Below are positions 12,361 through 24,559 of a DNA stretch of 50,591 bases, in pieces. The DNA is taken from positions 20,303,998 through 20,354,588 of the forward strand of contig NC_069002.1 of assembly GCF_001194135.2 (NCBI RefSeq). Reading direction: 5' to 3'. The notes below the pieces were generated by a model. The model worked only from the letters and a program-made list of their open reading frames with translations, had not been told where the DNA came from and searched no databases. Made by a program: the position numbers and the translations under genes. The stretch is from Octopus bimaculoides. Lineage: Eukaryota. The first letter of the stretch is position 1. Every line of letters begins with the position of its first letter.

Positions 12361-14820
12361 TTCTTCTTCTTCTTCTTCTTCTTCTTCTTCTTCTTCTTCT
12401 TCTTCTTCTTCTTCTTCTTCTTCTTCTTCTTGTCTTTGCACAGCTTCTTTCGCTGTTAACTACCAGTGAACTAAGGTAACACCCATTATTTTCAAACACC
12501 ATCCTGAGTATTCGAGCAATTCCAAGCAGTGCTGTTTTTTGCAAGTACTCCACCCTCATTGCAGCCCTTTTTGTTCCACGTATTTCTAAAGATCTTTACT
12601 CTCAGGGCTACGACAATTATTAGCACTACTACCACCTTTTTCAGCGATCACAGCTTCATAACAGCCCAATCTTAACCTGTTGTATTTATCGACTTTCTTC
12701 CTTATCGCATACCTTGTTGTCAGCTGGGAATGCTACATCTATGATCCAGCATCGTTTACTTTTTTTCTCAATTAACACTGGTTTCCTATTCTCAATCTCA
12801 TGGCTGCACTGAATCAAGATCCCATAGGATCTTTGCTTTATCATTTTCGATGATGCCTTCGGGTTTATATGTTCTCACTACTTTCTTGATCTGACAACTC
12901 CTTACTTGTTGCAAAGTGTCCATTGGATAATACTTGCTATATTGTGATGACGTCTGCTATATTTTGTCTGGGCTAGTGGCGTATATTGACTGGTAATATA
13001 CTATACGGTTTCACCATTTTGTCTACAAATTCTGAAATTATCACTTTCTGGTTTGTTGTCTATTCTGCATTTGTAACTGGTTCTTAATACTTGCTCTTGT
13101 CATCCCTACCCATCTTTTTTCTCTGTCTTTTCATGAACATCCCTATAATAATGTCTATGCATTCTTTTCTTTATCCACCTAAGATCTACCCCTGGAAGAT
13201 GCTTCTCCCGATTTCTATTGTCCCTAAACTTCTTCAATATGTTGTCAGTTCCGTCCTCTAATTCGCCATACTTTTTCCAAGCAATCGCTCAACATTCGAT
13301 GCAATACAAAATAGGTTCGTACATTCCATAATCCAAGAATGTGGGATCATATTGTATGCCATACGATAATCAATCCATGACATGGCTAAGTTACTTTTCC
13401 TCCTCTTGCAGTCTCTAAGTACACTTTTGTCTACCAGGAGTTGATTCTTGGTACCTCTGCACGTACGATTGTACCCCTTCCGCTCTTGTGCCTGGACTCC
13501 ATTTTTTCCAGATGTCCGTACATTGACTCTGCGACTATTCCAGTCAATAAGTTCCACATAAGTGGCAAACAGGATATCAGCCTGTAATTGCCTACCGTAT
13601 TGCCTTTTTCGATGTTTTCCAAGCACAGCATTGTCTTACCCATTGTCAACCTATCTGGTGTTACTTGGTCGGCAATTAACAGTGTTGAGTTGTGTAGCTT
13701 TTCGTGAATGACATTCACCAAATCTTTTGGTCCAGTAGCCTTGAACTCCATCTGATTCCAGGGCCTTCCAGTTGCTCATTCTTTTGCTGATTTCCTTCAC
13801 TTCCCTAACTGAAATGACTAGTTCTGGCTGTTTTGGACAGACTACTGTTTGTGTCTTGAACAGACTACAGTGGGTTTCTTGCAACCGTTCAGCATCCTTC
13901 TTGTGCTCCAGGTGTCACTCCAGAACATTTGACTTTCAATGTTATCTGGTATCAACTTTTCATCTATACACTTTCCATTTATTTCTTTATAGGATCTCTT
14001 CTGATCTACTCCGAATAACCTATTCTGCTGGTATCCCTTCATTCTTCGGTCGTATCTTACCATCTTTGTTTCCTTTGCAACAGGGCGCTGTTTCAGTTCC
14101 TCCATTGCCACTTTCAGACCCTTTCTTTCAATATCATACTTCCTGTTCAGTGCCCTGTATTTTTGTTCGCTTTTAAGCTCCGCCTTCTTTTTTCGGTCTA
14201 ACACAGAAATGTCCTTCGAGTGTATACCTAACATTGCCTGTATTCTTCTTTTCCAACATGGATCTTTTCTTCTGTCACTCCCATTATATTTATTGCTTGA
14301 CATCAACACCCACGTTTTCTGCTACAAAATTATTTGCTGCTTTGATAAAATTGTTTGCTTCTGTGTTGTTTTTTGTTCTGATGCATTTCAGAATTTCATG
14401 CACATTTTTCGTTTCTTGGTTCAATTTCCACCGATCGATCTTTTTTAAGGTTGCAAATAATGTCGGTATCGTTCTCCTGAAGCCTTGCATTTATTCTGCT
14501 GAAGATTGCATTTTGCCCATTTGTCATGTCACCATTAGTTTTATTGTCTTCTCCCAAACCATCTATATGTCTCTCATGGAGCAAACTATCACTGTTCTTT
14601 TCCCGTGGTCTATTAGAGATATCACCTCTGTTTTCTGCCAAGAGATTACTTTTATCAGTAGGAACTGCATTTTTATCGTTTTCTATGCCGATGTTTTTCA
14701 ATACCCGTCTTTTGATAGCTACGCACTCTACTTCTGTGAACCAACGATTTGGTTCATTAATTTCCAACTTGAGGAAATAGATTGGACGATATTTAAACTA
14801 TCTGATTCGAGAACCTAAGT
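12361..14820 (-). mobile_element. R4/Dong-clade LINE, internally deleted, ending in a (GAA)n tract at 12361-12431
   Basis: 'NWKALESDGVQGYW', '[19 protein letters not shown]', '[16 protein letters not shown]', 'IFQG' joined directly to 'W..KRMHRHYYRD' (the YMDD/thumb region is deleted), and C-terminus 'YLQKTALLGIARILRMVF'. Confidence 0.9.
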
Positions 14821-15272
14821 AGTGTAAGTAGTTTTGTTTTATCAGAAAGATTTCCTTGGAAATCCTTGAATGTTTTGTTGAGTTGTCATAATGGTCCTTG
14901 AATCTAGCTTGAAAATGCCCTTAAAAACTTTGTAAAGCTTTGAATTTTCTTTTTAAAAACCTGATTTGCGGTCATTGGACTGAAAATGGCCCTGGGCTGG
15001 GCATATGATATTAATATGCACTTTGAGTACAGTTTTAGCCAGATTGTGGGTGGGGTGAGTGGCTGTACTATCTTTGGTAGCTTCTGACATAAAACAGCAA
15101 TGAACATTTATGAATGTTTGTATCTTTTTTCAACTGTAGAATTAGTTAAATTCATATAATATATACTAGTAGATTTTTACTTTGTGAATAGTACATGAGT
15201 AAATGGATGTCAGTGCATTCGTTATTCTCACATTAAAAACTACTTTTAAGTAATGTAATTAATTAATTTCAG

Positions 15273-15406
15273 GGGCTGTTCGCAAGACTATGAAAAATCG
15301 AACACAAGCAGACGTTGAGTTGGTGACTCGAGAATGGCTTTGGACTGCCTGTGAAAAAAATGATGGCCGAAGGAGGAGAGGAAAAAATAGACATGTCTTC
15401 ACTTGA
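15273..15406 (+). pseudogene. Terminal-exon remnant with a DUF4806/BEN-like C-terminal motif (transposon accessory-type ORF)
   Basis: Acceptor taatttcAG precedes (G)AVRKTMKNRTQADVELVTREWLWTACEKNDGRRRR, matching the family ending 'AVR....T..E(I/V)E..I..WL..A.DR.GGR.RR' as I recall it. No upstream exon found. Confidence 0.5.
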
Positions 15407-17116
15407 CAATGAATCTGACACAGATCTCGAGTCTGCACAAATTGAAAATTAAGATAACTCATTAACGGGTTGCTCCGATATTTTAAGGTAATCCATTTTA
15501 GTGACGCAGTGGTAACAATAGGCTGAATAGCTTCCCGTATATGGTCTTCCATTCAAATTACTCATTCACCAGGTTAGTAACTAATACTCCTATCTGTGGT
15601 TTCAAATACAATTATATTGATGATACCTCTTGCATTTGATGCTTTTTTTCCTACATCTGCACTTTCTAAATTTATCCGTTTTTAACATATCTCCCACATT
15701 TCAAGCCATAAAATCGAACCCTAATATGAATACCATTACTCCTTATTTACCGGTCTTTATGTGCAGATATAAACGATTGTTCGACTTTGTCTGAAATAGC
15801 AGCAGCTGTCTAAGTGACTTTAACACCTATTAAATAAATATCTTAGTTTTACAGTGTACATTGGCCAGTATATTTTGTCTTCATTTTCCTTAACTTTTAA
15901 ATGTTGTGATTTACTTTTGTTGTATTGTAAATAACCATTTTTCAAAGTTTTAGTTTATAAAATGAATGATGTTCATTTTTTATTTTTTATTGTGGATTCT
16001 ACATGGTTTTTCAGATATTCCCATACACATACCATGTAAACTGATGCTTATACACTTAAATCTTCAAAATAAATTTAATGTTCTTTCTGTTTAGCAGTGG
16101 GTGGACTTCATTGGCTGTAAATTGAAACAATATTACATTTTTATTTTCAAACGCTGAGTGGATGAGGTTGGAAACAGAGCAATGCACACTAGGGATCTGG
16201 TGTAATTCTATGGAATTCATTCGCTAATTGTTGTATGAATTAAACGCCGTGAAAACTTGAAGTGGAAACACTCTCCACACCGCAAGAAAGCATTGAAAGT
16301 GTGAATTTCTCTTACAAATATGACACACGTGAGAATAATGCTAATTCTAACATATAAGTTTGCCGGTTGAATCTATGAAACATCTAATTAAAATAGACAA
16401 AAACACTTGAAACTGCACTTCTGTGACAGAAAATGGTGATTAGGTAGCATTTATGTGAATACTTTACTCATATGATCAGTATCTGTTTCAACGAACACCA
16501 TATGCGAATGTTTATTTGAGGAAGATGTTGTAAAGCAATATTGTGTCTTGCAATAAATATAATACCCAATGTTGTGAAATGTGCAACAGAAGGAACATTG
16601 GGGGAACAATTAAGCAAAACCTGTGACGAATTCAAATACAGACGGTATGAAACCTTTGTTTAGGCCAAAAATGAAAAGCCGCATTCAAGAAGACCAGCTT
16701 CCTTACAAATACAAATATTTCAGGTGAAAATCCCTAAGAATGGATATATTTTTTGAACAGCAATATCTGATTACGGAGAATCCTATGACAAATTTACATA
16801 TGTGTACATATTTAATTACATTTGAACCTTTGTTTCTTAATGTGCCAAAAAGATATGTCTTTCAACGAAAGATGTGACCAGCTTATGCACGATTTACAAA
16901 TACAACCTTAAAGGAAAACAGTAACAATAAACAACAGTTGCAAACATGTTTCGTTTATGTTGTCCAAATTCCTGAGATGTATCAGTGTTTATTGTTTGTT
17001 TACACAATAGATCAGGTATAGAAAAAGTTCAAATATCTGAAAAAGAAAGAATGCATGTACATACAATCTCACGCACACAGTCCACCCACCCAAACGCACA
17101 TACACACGCACGCACA

Positions 17117-17157
<41 letters not shown>

Positions 17158-19499
17158 ACATACACACATGCACGCACGTAAACAAGAATAAATGATGTGT
17201 AAAATAAGTTTCATTACTCCAAAGATTTATGCCCGTATATTTAATCTTGTTTTCTCGAGATATGACAAACCTATATCAAAATTAAACAGCTGTAGCATTT
17301 CCATTTGAAGCTCTTTTGTGACAGTATACCGCTAAAAAATAAAGCGTAAAATAGACAAAACTAAAAAGTGAAAGGGAGAGATTGTGAGATTGTGAGAGAG
17401 GAAGAACTTCTAAAATTATATGCATACCTCTGCATGTCGAAGAATATACTGTAAATTTGTGGCTGCGAGATAAAACTAGAGTAGCAAAGAAAACTGCTTT
17501 TCCCATAAATTATATTTCCCAACTGATCCCCTATTCACGAATCCCTGTAGCAATCCTGTATGATGTATAGCTTTTGTTTATCTGCTTTGTGCAAAGTAAC
17601 ATTTTATTTTAAGAAATGTACACAGTTGATAGTTAAATTTTATTGAACACAGTACGTCAATCTCTTTTATGTTCATGAAGTGCCACGGGAAAATACATCC
17701 ACTTATGGAATATATATGTACCTGAGTGTGCGTGTGTATACACACACACACGCATATATGTATATATATATATATATATATATGTATGTTTATATATATT
17801 TNNNNNNNNNNNNNNNNNNNNNNNNNNNNNNNNNNNNNNNNNNNNNNNNNNNNNNNNNNNNNNNNNNNNNNNNNNNNNNNNNNNNNNNNNNNNNNNNNNN
17901 NNNNNNNNNNNNNNNNNNNNNNNNNNNNNNNNNNNNNNNNNNNNNNNNNNNNNNNNNNNNNNNNNNNNNNNNNNNNNNNNNNNNNNNNNNNNNNNNNNNN
18001 NNNNNNNNNNNNNNNNNNNNNNNNNNNNNNNNNNNNNNNNNNNNNNNNNNNNNNNNNNNNNNNNNNNNNNNNNNNNNNNNNNNNNNNNNNNNNNNNNNNN
18101 NNNNNNNNNNNNNNNNNNNNNNNNNNNNNNNNNNNNNNNNNNNNNNNNNNNNNNNNNNNNNNNNNNNNNNNNNNNNNNNNNNNNNNNNNNNNNNNNNNNN
18201 NNNNNNNNNNNNNNNNNNNNNNNNNNNNNNNNNNNNNNNNNNNNNNNNNNNNNNNNNNNNNNNNNNNNNNNNNNNNNNNNNNNNNNNNNNNNNNNNNNNN
18301 NNNNNNNNNNNNNNNNNNNNNNNNNNNNNNNNNNNNNNNNNNNNNNNNNNNNNNNNNNNNNNNNNNNNNNNNNNNNNNNNNNNNNNNNNNNNNNNNNNNN
18401 NNNNNNNNNNNNNNNNNNNNNNNNNNNNNNNNNNNNNNNNNNNNNNNNNNNNNNNNNNNNNNNNNNNNNNNNNNNNNNNNNNNNNNNNNNNNNNNNNNNN
18501 NNNNNNNNNNNNNNNNNNNNNNNNNNNNNNNNNNNNNNNNNNNNNNNNNNNATATATATACGTCTGTTTGTCTAATGTATAAAACATATGAAATATAAAA
18601 TATTTTGAATATGTTAATATTCATATACACACATATATATACGTACAAATGTATATGCATATATGTGAGCGTGCTTTCGTGTGTGATTCTATATCTTTGT
18701 GACGAGAACTACTGGAGCAAGGAAGGGTGGCTGAGTTAAATGTAGATAAAAAGAACCAATACACATCTTGAACACTCCAATATCACTCTGCAACCACAAA
18801 TATATTCACCATTTTCCCCATCACAGTTTTCAATTATGTTCATATATGCTTGTAAAACATACATAATTTCAATCGTTTTGGCATGTTGTAAAATCTATAT
18901 ATTACTTGCAGCTGTTAGTGAATAATACGTCTTTATTGTTGGCAGGTTTATATATCGCAGAGATTTAAGCAGAATCTTTTGAGCAACAGGATGACTGTAG
19001 TTGACCAAAGTAAATGAAATTCCTCGCGTGTGTTTTTGAAATTCATTTAGTATTCTCGTTGAACGTTGAATCTCTTATACATCACATAAGGGCAGGTAAA
19101 TGAATCATATTCCATTCCTCTGCTGCTCAGAGGTTGGTCTAGAATGATGTACATGTGTATAAAATCTTCTCACAGCACTCTACCATAAAATCTACGTTTG
19201 CCGATGAGGAGAAACTGGCATCTGCTATATTATATATCAATGCTATGTACTATATAATATATTAATATCATTTACACATCCGAACTTCTTGTTAAATTTG
19301 TTAAACTAAGAGTTTTTGTTTCTTTTTGTTTTACATGATTCTCTGTACACAAGATTAATAGAAATCGAATCCGTTGTGTAACTACAGTTCTCATTTCAGA
19401 TATGGACATAACTAGAAACCAGGTACTCTGATTAACTATAGAGATGCTGTACCAAATGAAATGAATGCACAGGCTAAATTGTTCTACCTAATAATGCAT

Positions 19500-20567
19500 C
19501 CATACACTGTTATGTTTTCGTCCCACTTATTCGTCGGTTGAGCCAGGTGAAACGCAGTTATAATTCAAATTCTAAGCGTCGTTGTGTGGCTTATATTTCA
19601 GAAAAATTACATCCTCCATCTTTAAGAAAATGTTTATGATTTGAAAGAGACCTTGCTTCTATACTCCGCAGGGCATAGGAATATGAGAATATGTTTGTAT
19701 CTTCTGTATCCATTCTTGTTATGGATGGAGACTCGTACTTTTGGAACTAATTTTCCATATTAGAAGTTTATTTGGTATATAATTACTAACTTACTTTCCT
19801 CATTTTCATACGGCGACCGGCAGCGCTATGCCGTGACTCACTGTTAGTAAGTTACAGAGGAAAACGGCCGGGCAGTGATAACTTATGGTGAGCCGCAAAG
19901 CTGCCATTCTTACTACTCTCTTGTACGGCTCAGAATCGTGGATACCCTATAGACGACACATTAACAACTAGACGTTTTCCACAAAGGCTGTCTAAGGACA
20001 ATCTGTGCTTATTCACTAAAAGACAGAGTTTCTAATGCCGACCTGTTTAGCAATTGTAAGATTAGTGGAATAAGAGGTTTCTTATGCAATCACAATTGAA
20101 CTAGGCTGGCCATGTCTTCAGAATAAATGACGAAAAAATACCCAAAGTCCTCATGTACAGCCAGCTTGAGAGTGGACACAGAAATGTTGGTTGATTTGGC
20201 TCAGATATAAGAACAAGAAGAAGAATAACCTCATAGAAATGAGGACAGTTCACAAACACTTTGAGCGAACAGCCTTGGAGAGAACAAAATGGAGATCGCT
20301 GTGTGAAAATGGTATTAGGAACCAGCATTACCAGGCTTCGGGGTGAAAAGCAAGACAAGAAAGCGGCTGCAAATACACCACCTGCACTTACATGTAATCC
20401 TCATACTTGCAGGAGCTGTGGACTTTCTTGGAAAGCGTTGGCGAGACTTAAACGTTACATTCGACATAAGAGTAATGACTGACAAAGAAAGAGTAGGTTG
20501 TCGCCTCCTCATACGTCGAAACCGACGGATGAGTCCATCACATATATATATTTAGAGAGAGAGAAAT

Positions 20568-20598
<31 letters not shown>

Positions 20599-21190
20599 AA
20601 GAGAGAGAGAGCGTGTATGTGCATATACATATACATGTGTGTATGTGTATGTGTGTGTGTTTATCTTGATAATATTCCAAAAAGGTGAGGTTGAGATGAA
20701 CCCACCGAAATTCTTTTAATTGGGCATGTCACTGAATTTCGTCCTCGAATCTTGGTTGAGCACATTCATGGTTGATTGGCCACCCGGTACATTACATAAA
20801 TTGTTGCTTCAATACAATTCCTAACAACATCCGTCTTAATGTTACCACTGACTATACTTTGGTCACTTATATTATTTAAAGTGAAAATGAGGAAAGTAAT
20901 TTAGTAATTATATACCAAATAAACTTCTAATATGGAAAATTAGTTCCAAAAGTACGCGTCTCCATCCATAACAAGAATGGATACAGAAGATACAAACATA
21001 TTCTCATATTCCTATGTCCTGCGGAGTATAGAAGCAAGGTCTCTTTCAAATCATAAACATTTTCTTAAAGATGGAGGATGTAATTTTTCTGAAATATAAA
21101 CCACACAACGACGCTTAGAATCTGAATTATAGCTGCGTTTCACCTGGGTCAATCGACGAATAAGTGGTACGAAAACATAACAGTGTATGG
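19500..21190. mobile_element. Foldback element: 309-bp inverted arms (19500-19808 / 20882-21190) around a ~1.07-kb spacer
   Basis: Manual alignment gives ~9 mismatches in 309 bp. Ends read CCATA-CACTGTTATG ... CATAACAGTG-TATGG. Confidence 0.85.
19840..20535 (+). mobile_element. RTE-clade LINE 3' fragment
   Basis: 'AAILTTLLYGSESWIPYRRHI', 'FHKGCLRTIC', 'RVSNADLF', 'AGHVFRINDEKIPKVLMYSQLESGHRNVG', followed by a (TA)/(GA) tail. Confidence 0.85.
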
Positions 21191-21610
21191 TTTCCCTTTC
21201 CTAGATGGGATGCCTTCGCCACGATCAAGGAGCCCATCTGCCCACAAATATTTGAAATAAAGACTTCAAATTTAAAATTTGAATGAAATAAGATAAAATA
21301 AAACACTATATACATATACACATATTGTTGGATGGCCGTCGACTACTCATGCGTTCCTTCGCCCTTTTGACAGGTTTTCATATCGTCCCACAGGGTGTTC
21401 AACAATCACCCTTCTCACGAAGCAAGCAAGCTTGGTGGGGTTCTCAGTTTAGTCGTCGATGAGCCGACCATGAAACAGGTTATACTGGGTTATACACACA
21501 CACACACACACACATGTGTGCGTGTTCATATATATATAAGTATTCGTGTGCATACATATATACACACATATATATATGGGGAGATTTAAGAATAGAAGTT
21601 ATATAAAGCA

Positions 21611-21658
<48 letters not shown>

Positions 21659-21896
21659 TAGACGCCATGCACATACACGTATTACTTTATCTTATAGTCA
21701 ATCATTAAACACCCCCCTACCTCACACTACCTCACTTTCTATTTATTTTCTTTTCTTTACTTTTACAAATTAACAGCCACCTCCGTTGTTGAGCGTTGAT
21801 ATGTTCGCATCTTTTTCTTGGGATGTCTACTATATCAGGAGTATAACCCACATGGATATACGCAGAATTGCACCTAAAGACTTACGCTTTGGTTTC

Positions 21897-23051
21897 TATC
21901 AGGTCATGCCATAAGTTCTGTCCAATTTTACTTTTTTGTAAATTCGATGAAATTTAATAGTAGTTTAGAATGTCTAATGGAATTAAAAATTATTTTTATG
22001 CATTTGTGCACATTTAAACTAATTAAATATTATTTTACAGAATAATAAAATTAAAATTTCTTTGATAAAAAAAAACCCTTTCTAACATGGAAGTATCCAA
22101 AGAACATTTGAGGCACATAATGCTTTATGAGTACAATAAAGGAAACTCTGCAGCCGTAAAGACTCGAAACATACACTCAGTTTATGGGAAATAATGCTTG
22201 AATGAAAGAACTTTCAGAAGATGGTTTGCAAAATTCAGAAGTGGAGATTTCAGCCTTGAAGATGAAGATCGAACACGATGTCAAGTTGAGTTTGATGATA
22301 AGCTCCTTGAAGCATTACTTGAAGACAATCCTGCATTATCAGTTGAAGAATTGGCAATAAAGCTTAGTTATAATTATACAACTGTTTATCGTCATCTTCA
22401 ACAACTTAGAAAGGTTCCTAAATCTGGAAAATGGGTGCCTCATGAATTGTCCGAAAGCAACCGCGAACCCCGAGTTGACATCTGCCCTTCTCTCCATTCT
22501 CGCGACCTCAGTTCACCCTGTTTGGATAGACTTATGACTGGTGACGAAAAATGGATCTTCTATCGAAATGTTAAACGTCGTAAACAGTAACTTGTTAAAA
22601 AGCAAAGAGGTCAACCACAAACGAGGGAACTTCAGGGGAAACAAGTTCTTCTCTCTATCTGGTGGGATTGCAAAGGAGTAAGTCACTTTGAATTGTTACC
22701 TCCCAATGCAACAATCAATGCTCAAGTCTACTGTCAGCAATTAGAACCTCTGAACCAAGCTTTGAAGAAAAAAAGACCCGCTTAAGTGAATCGGAAAGGA
22801 ATGATGTTTCACCAGAACAATGCGCGATCCCACACTGCAAAGATCACATCACAGAAGATTGAAGAGCTTGGTTGGGAAAAAAATTCTCTTCCACCTCATT
22901 CTCCCGACCTTGTTCCTTCAGACTAACATTTGTTTCATAGTTTACAGAATCATTTGGGGGACATAACTTTCGTAATTTCAATTAAATATAACATTTGATC
23001 ACTTGTTTTCTTTATTCAAAATTCGGACAAAACTCATGAGATGACCTGCTA
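21897..23051 (+). mobile_element. mariner DNA transposon, decayed, with both TIRs
   Basis: TIRs including TA: TATCAGGTCATGCCATAAGTTCTGTCC vs TAGCAGGTCATCTCATGAGTTTTGTCC (22/27). Transposase from ATG at ~22087: 'RRWFAKFRSGDFSLEDE', 'KWVPHELS', 'MTGDEKWIFY', 'HQNNARSH', 'HSPDLVPSD'. Contains stops and a 3' deletion. Confidence 0.93.
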
Positions 23052-23195
23052 TAACTTCGAAAATTTGAACTATGAAGTTTTATGCTTTTGTTTTACTTCT
23101 CTCTTTCCATCGCCATATTCTTTTACTCGCTTCCTCTATGGTGTCATCTTATTGATATATACCATTCTCATTTCCCATAATGTTTTCCCCCAATT

Positions 23196-23253
23196 TGTTT
23201 CTGATGACGGAATATCCCATACTCGGGGATATCCAAGAAACAGCTCGAAGATG
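23196..23253 (+). ncRNA. Decayed hammerhead-like motif (PLE pLTR remnant)
   Basis: UGUUU-CUGAUGA-C-GGAAUAUCCC-loop-GGGGAUAUCC-AA-GAAAC-AGCU-CGA-AGAUG. The cleavage triplet is mutated (CGA where GUA is expected). Confidence 0.4.
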
Positions 23254-23344
23254 TTGAATTTATTTCTATAATAATATTGTATATGACTTGAGATATTTGC
23301 CTTGTCTTAGTGTTTGACGTCCTGTTTAATAATTATATATATAC

Positions 23345-23402
<58 letters not shown>

Positions 23403-23776
23403 NNNNNNNNNNNNNNNNNNNNNNNNNNNNNNNNNNNNNNNNNNNNNNNNNNNNNNNNNNNNNNNNNNNNNNNNNNNNNNNNNNNNNNNNNNNNNNNNNN
23501 NNNNNNNNNNNNNNNNNNNNNNNNNNNNNNNNNNNNNNNNNNNNNNNNNNNNNNNNNNNNNNNNNNNNNNNNNNNNNNNNNNNNNNNNNNNNNNNNNNNN
23601 NNNNNNNNNNNNNNNNNNNNNNNNNNNNNNNNNNNNNNNNNNNNNNNNNNNNNNNNNNNNNNNNNNNNNNNNNNNNNNNNNNNNNNNNNNNNNNNNNNNN
23701 NNNNNNNNNNNNNNNNNNNNNNNNNNNNNNNNNNNNNNNNNNNNNNNNNNNNNNNNNNNNNNNNNNNNNNNNNNNN

Positions 23777-23815
<39 letters not shown>

Positions 23816-23829
23816 TTGTATGTATATAC

Positions 23830-24242
23830 AGGCGCAGAAGTGGCTGCGTGGTAGTAGCTTGCTTACAAACCACATGGTCCCTGGTTCAGTCTTACCGTCT
23901 TCTACTATAGCCTCGGGCCGACCAAATCTTTGTGAGTGAATTTAGTAGACGGAAACTGGAAGAAGCCCGCCCTATATGTATATGTATATATATATATAGA
24001 TATGTATGTATATGTATATGTTTGTGTGTATATGTTTGTGTGTCTGTCACCCCACCCAGCCTCCCTTGACAAACGATGCTGGTGTGTTTACGTCCCCGTA
24101 AACTAACACTTCGGCAAAAGAGATCGATAGAATAAGTACTAGGATTACAAAGAAAAGCTGGGGTCGATTTGCTCGACTATAAAGGCGGTGCTCCAGCATG
24201 GCTGCAGTCATATGACTGAAACAAGTAAAAGAGTAAATGAGT
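23830..24242 (+). mobile_element. tRNA-derived SINE family 1
   Basis: AGGCGCAGAAGTGGCTGCGTGG...GGTTCAGTC head; 3' end cagtcatatgactgaaacaagtaaaagag. Confidence 0.9.
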
Positions 24243-24559
24243 ATATACAGACGTTTTTCCATTATGATTGGAGCCCATAATGGTGAAGTGCACATTAGAA
24301 CTAAAATATAAGGCAGTAATCTTTATTTCTGGCACATTTGCATCGTAGTTCATAACTAGTTATCGGGGATGTTTTGCAAAAAGCTTGCACATGCAGTCGA
24401 GAACTCTATATGGGGACAACAGGAGAATGCGCACCGTTTTGGGGCCTGTCTCTCGACGGTATCAATGCGCACCGGCCTCCCTCACTGATATAAAGCCCCA
24501 TTTGTTACGTCAACTGGTCATTAAATATAGCTCATTATTCCTCTAACCATCGCTCATCG

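Larger units (their letters stand above)
11889..15856. mobile_element. Putative CMC/EnSpm-like DNA transposon remnant (CACTG termini), interrupted by a Dong LINE
   Basis: CACTGTTAAAC at 11889 and GTTTTACAGTG ending at 15856 (10/11 inverted match) enclose a DUF4806-like exon. TSD is not convincing. Confidence 0.25.

Noticed and set aside
13772-14818. + strand ORFs of 134-194 aa (likewise 25981-26631, 36980-37387 and 42189-42551)
   Set aside because: Antisense shadows of Dong, HERO and PLE coding sequence; A-rich sense strands give hydrophobic stop-poor reverse frames.
14830-14935. Minus-strand 'GHFQARFKDHYDNSTKHSRISKEIFLIKQ', faintly like PLE GIY-YIG
   Set aside because: No YIG motif or flanking support; too weak to call.
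16660-16900. 'FKKTSFLTNTNISGENP*EWIYF', resembling a C2H2 zinc-finger linker
   Set aside because: No Cys/His ligands in register and stops are present; not supportable.
21150-21190. Possible hammerhead in the arms of the 19.5-21.2 kb foldback (TCGACGA..CGAAAAC..GTA)
   Set aside because: Core is mutated, there is an extra A, and stems I and II do not form.
21450-21485. tCGATGAGccgaccatGAAAC motif
   Set aside because: Core lacks CUGA and there is no stem II pairing.
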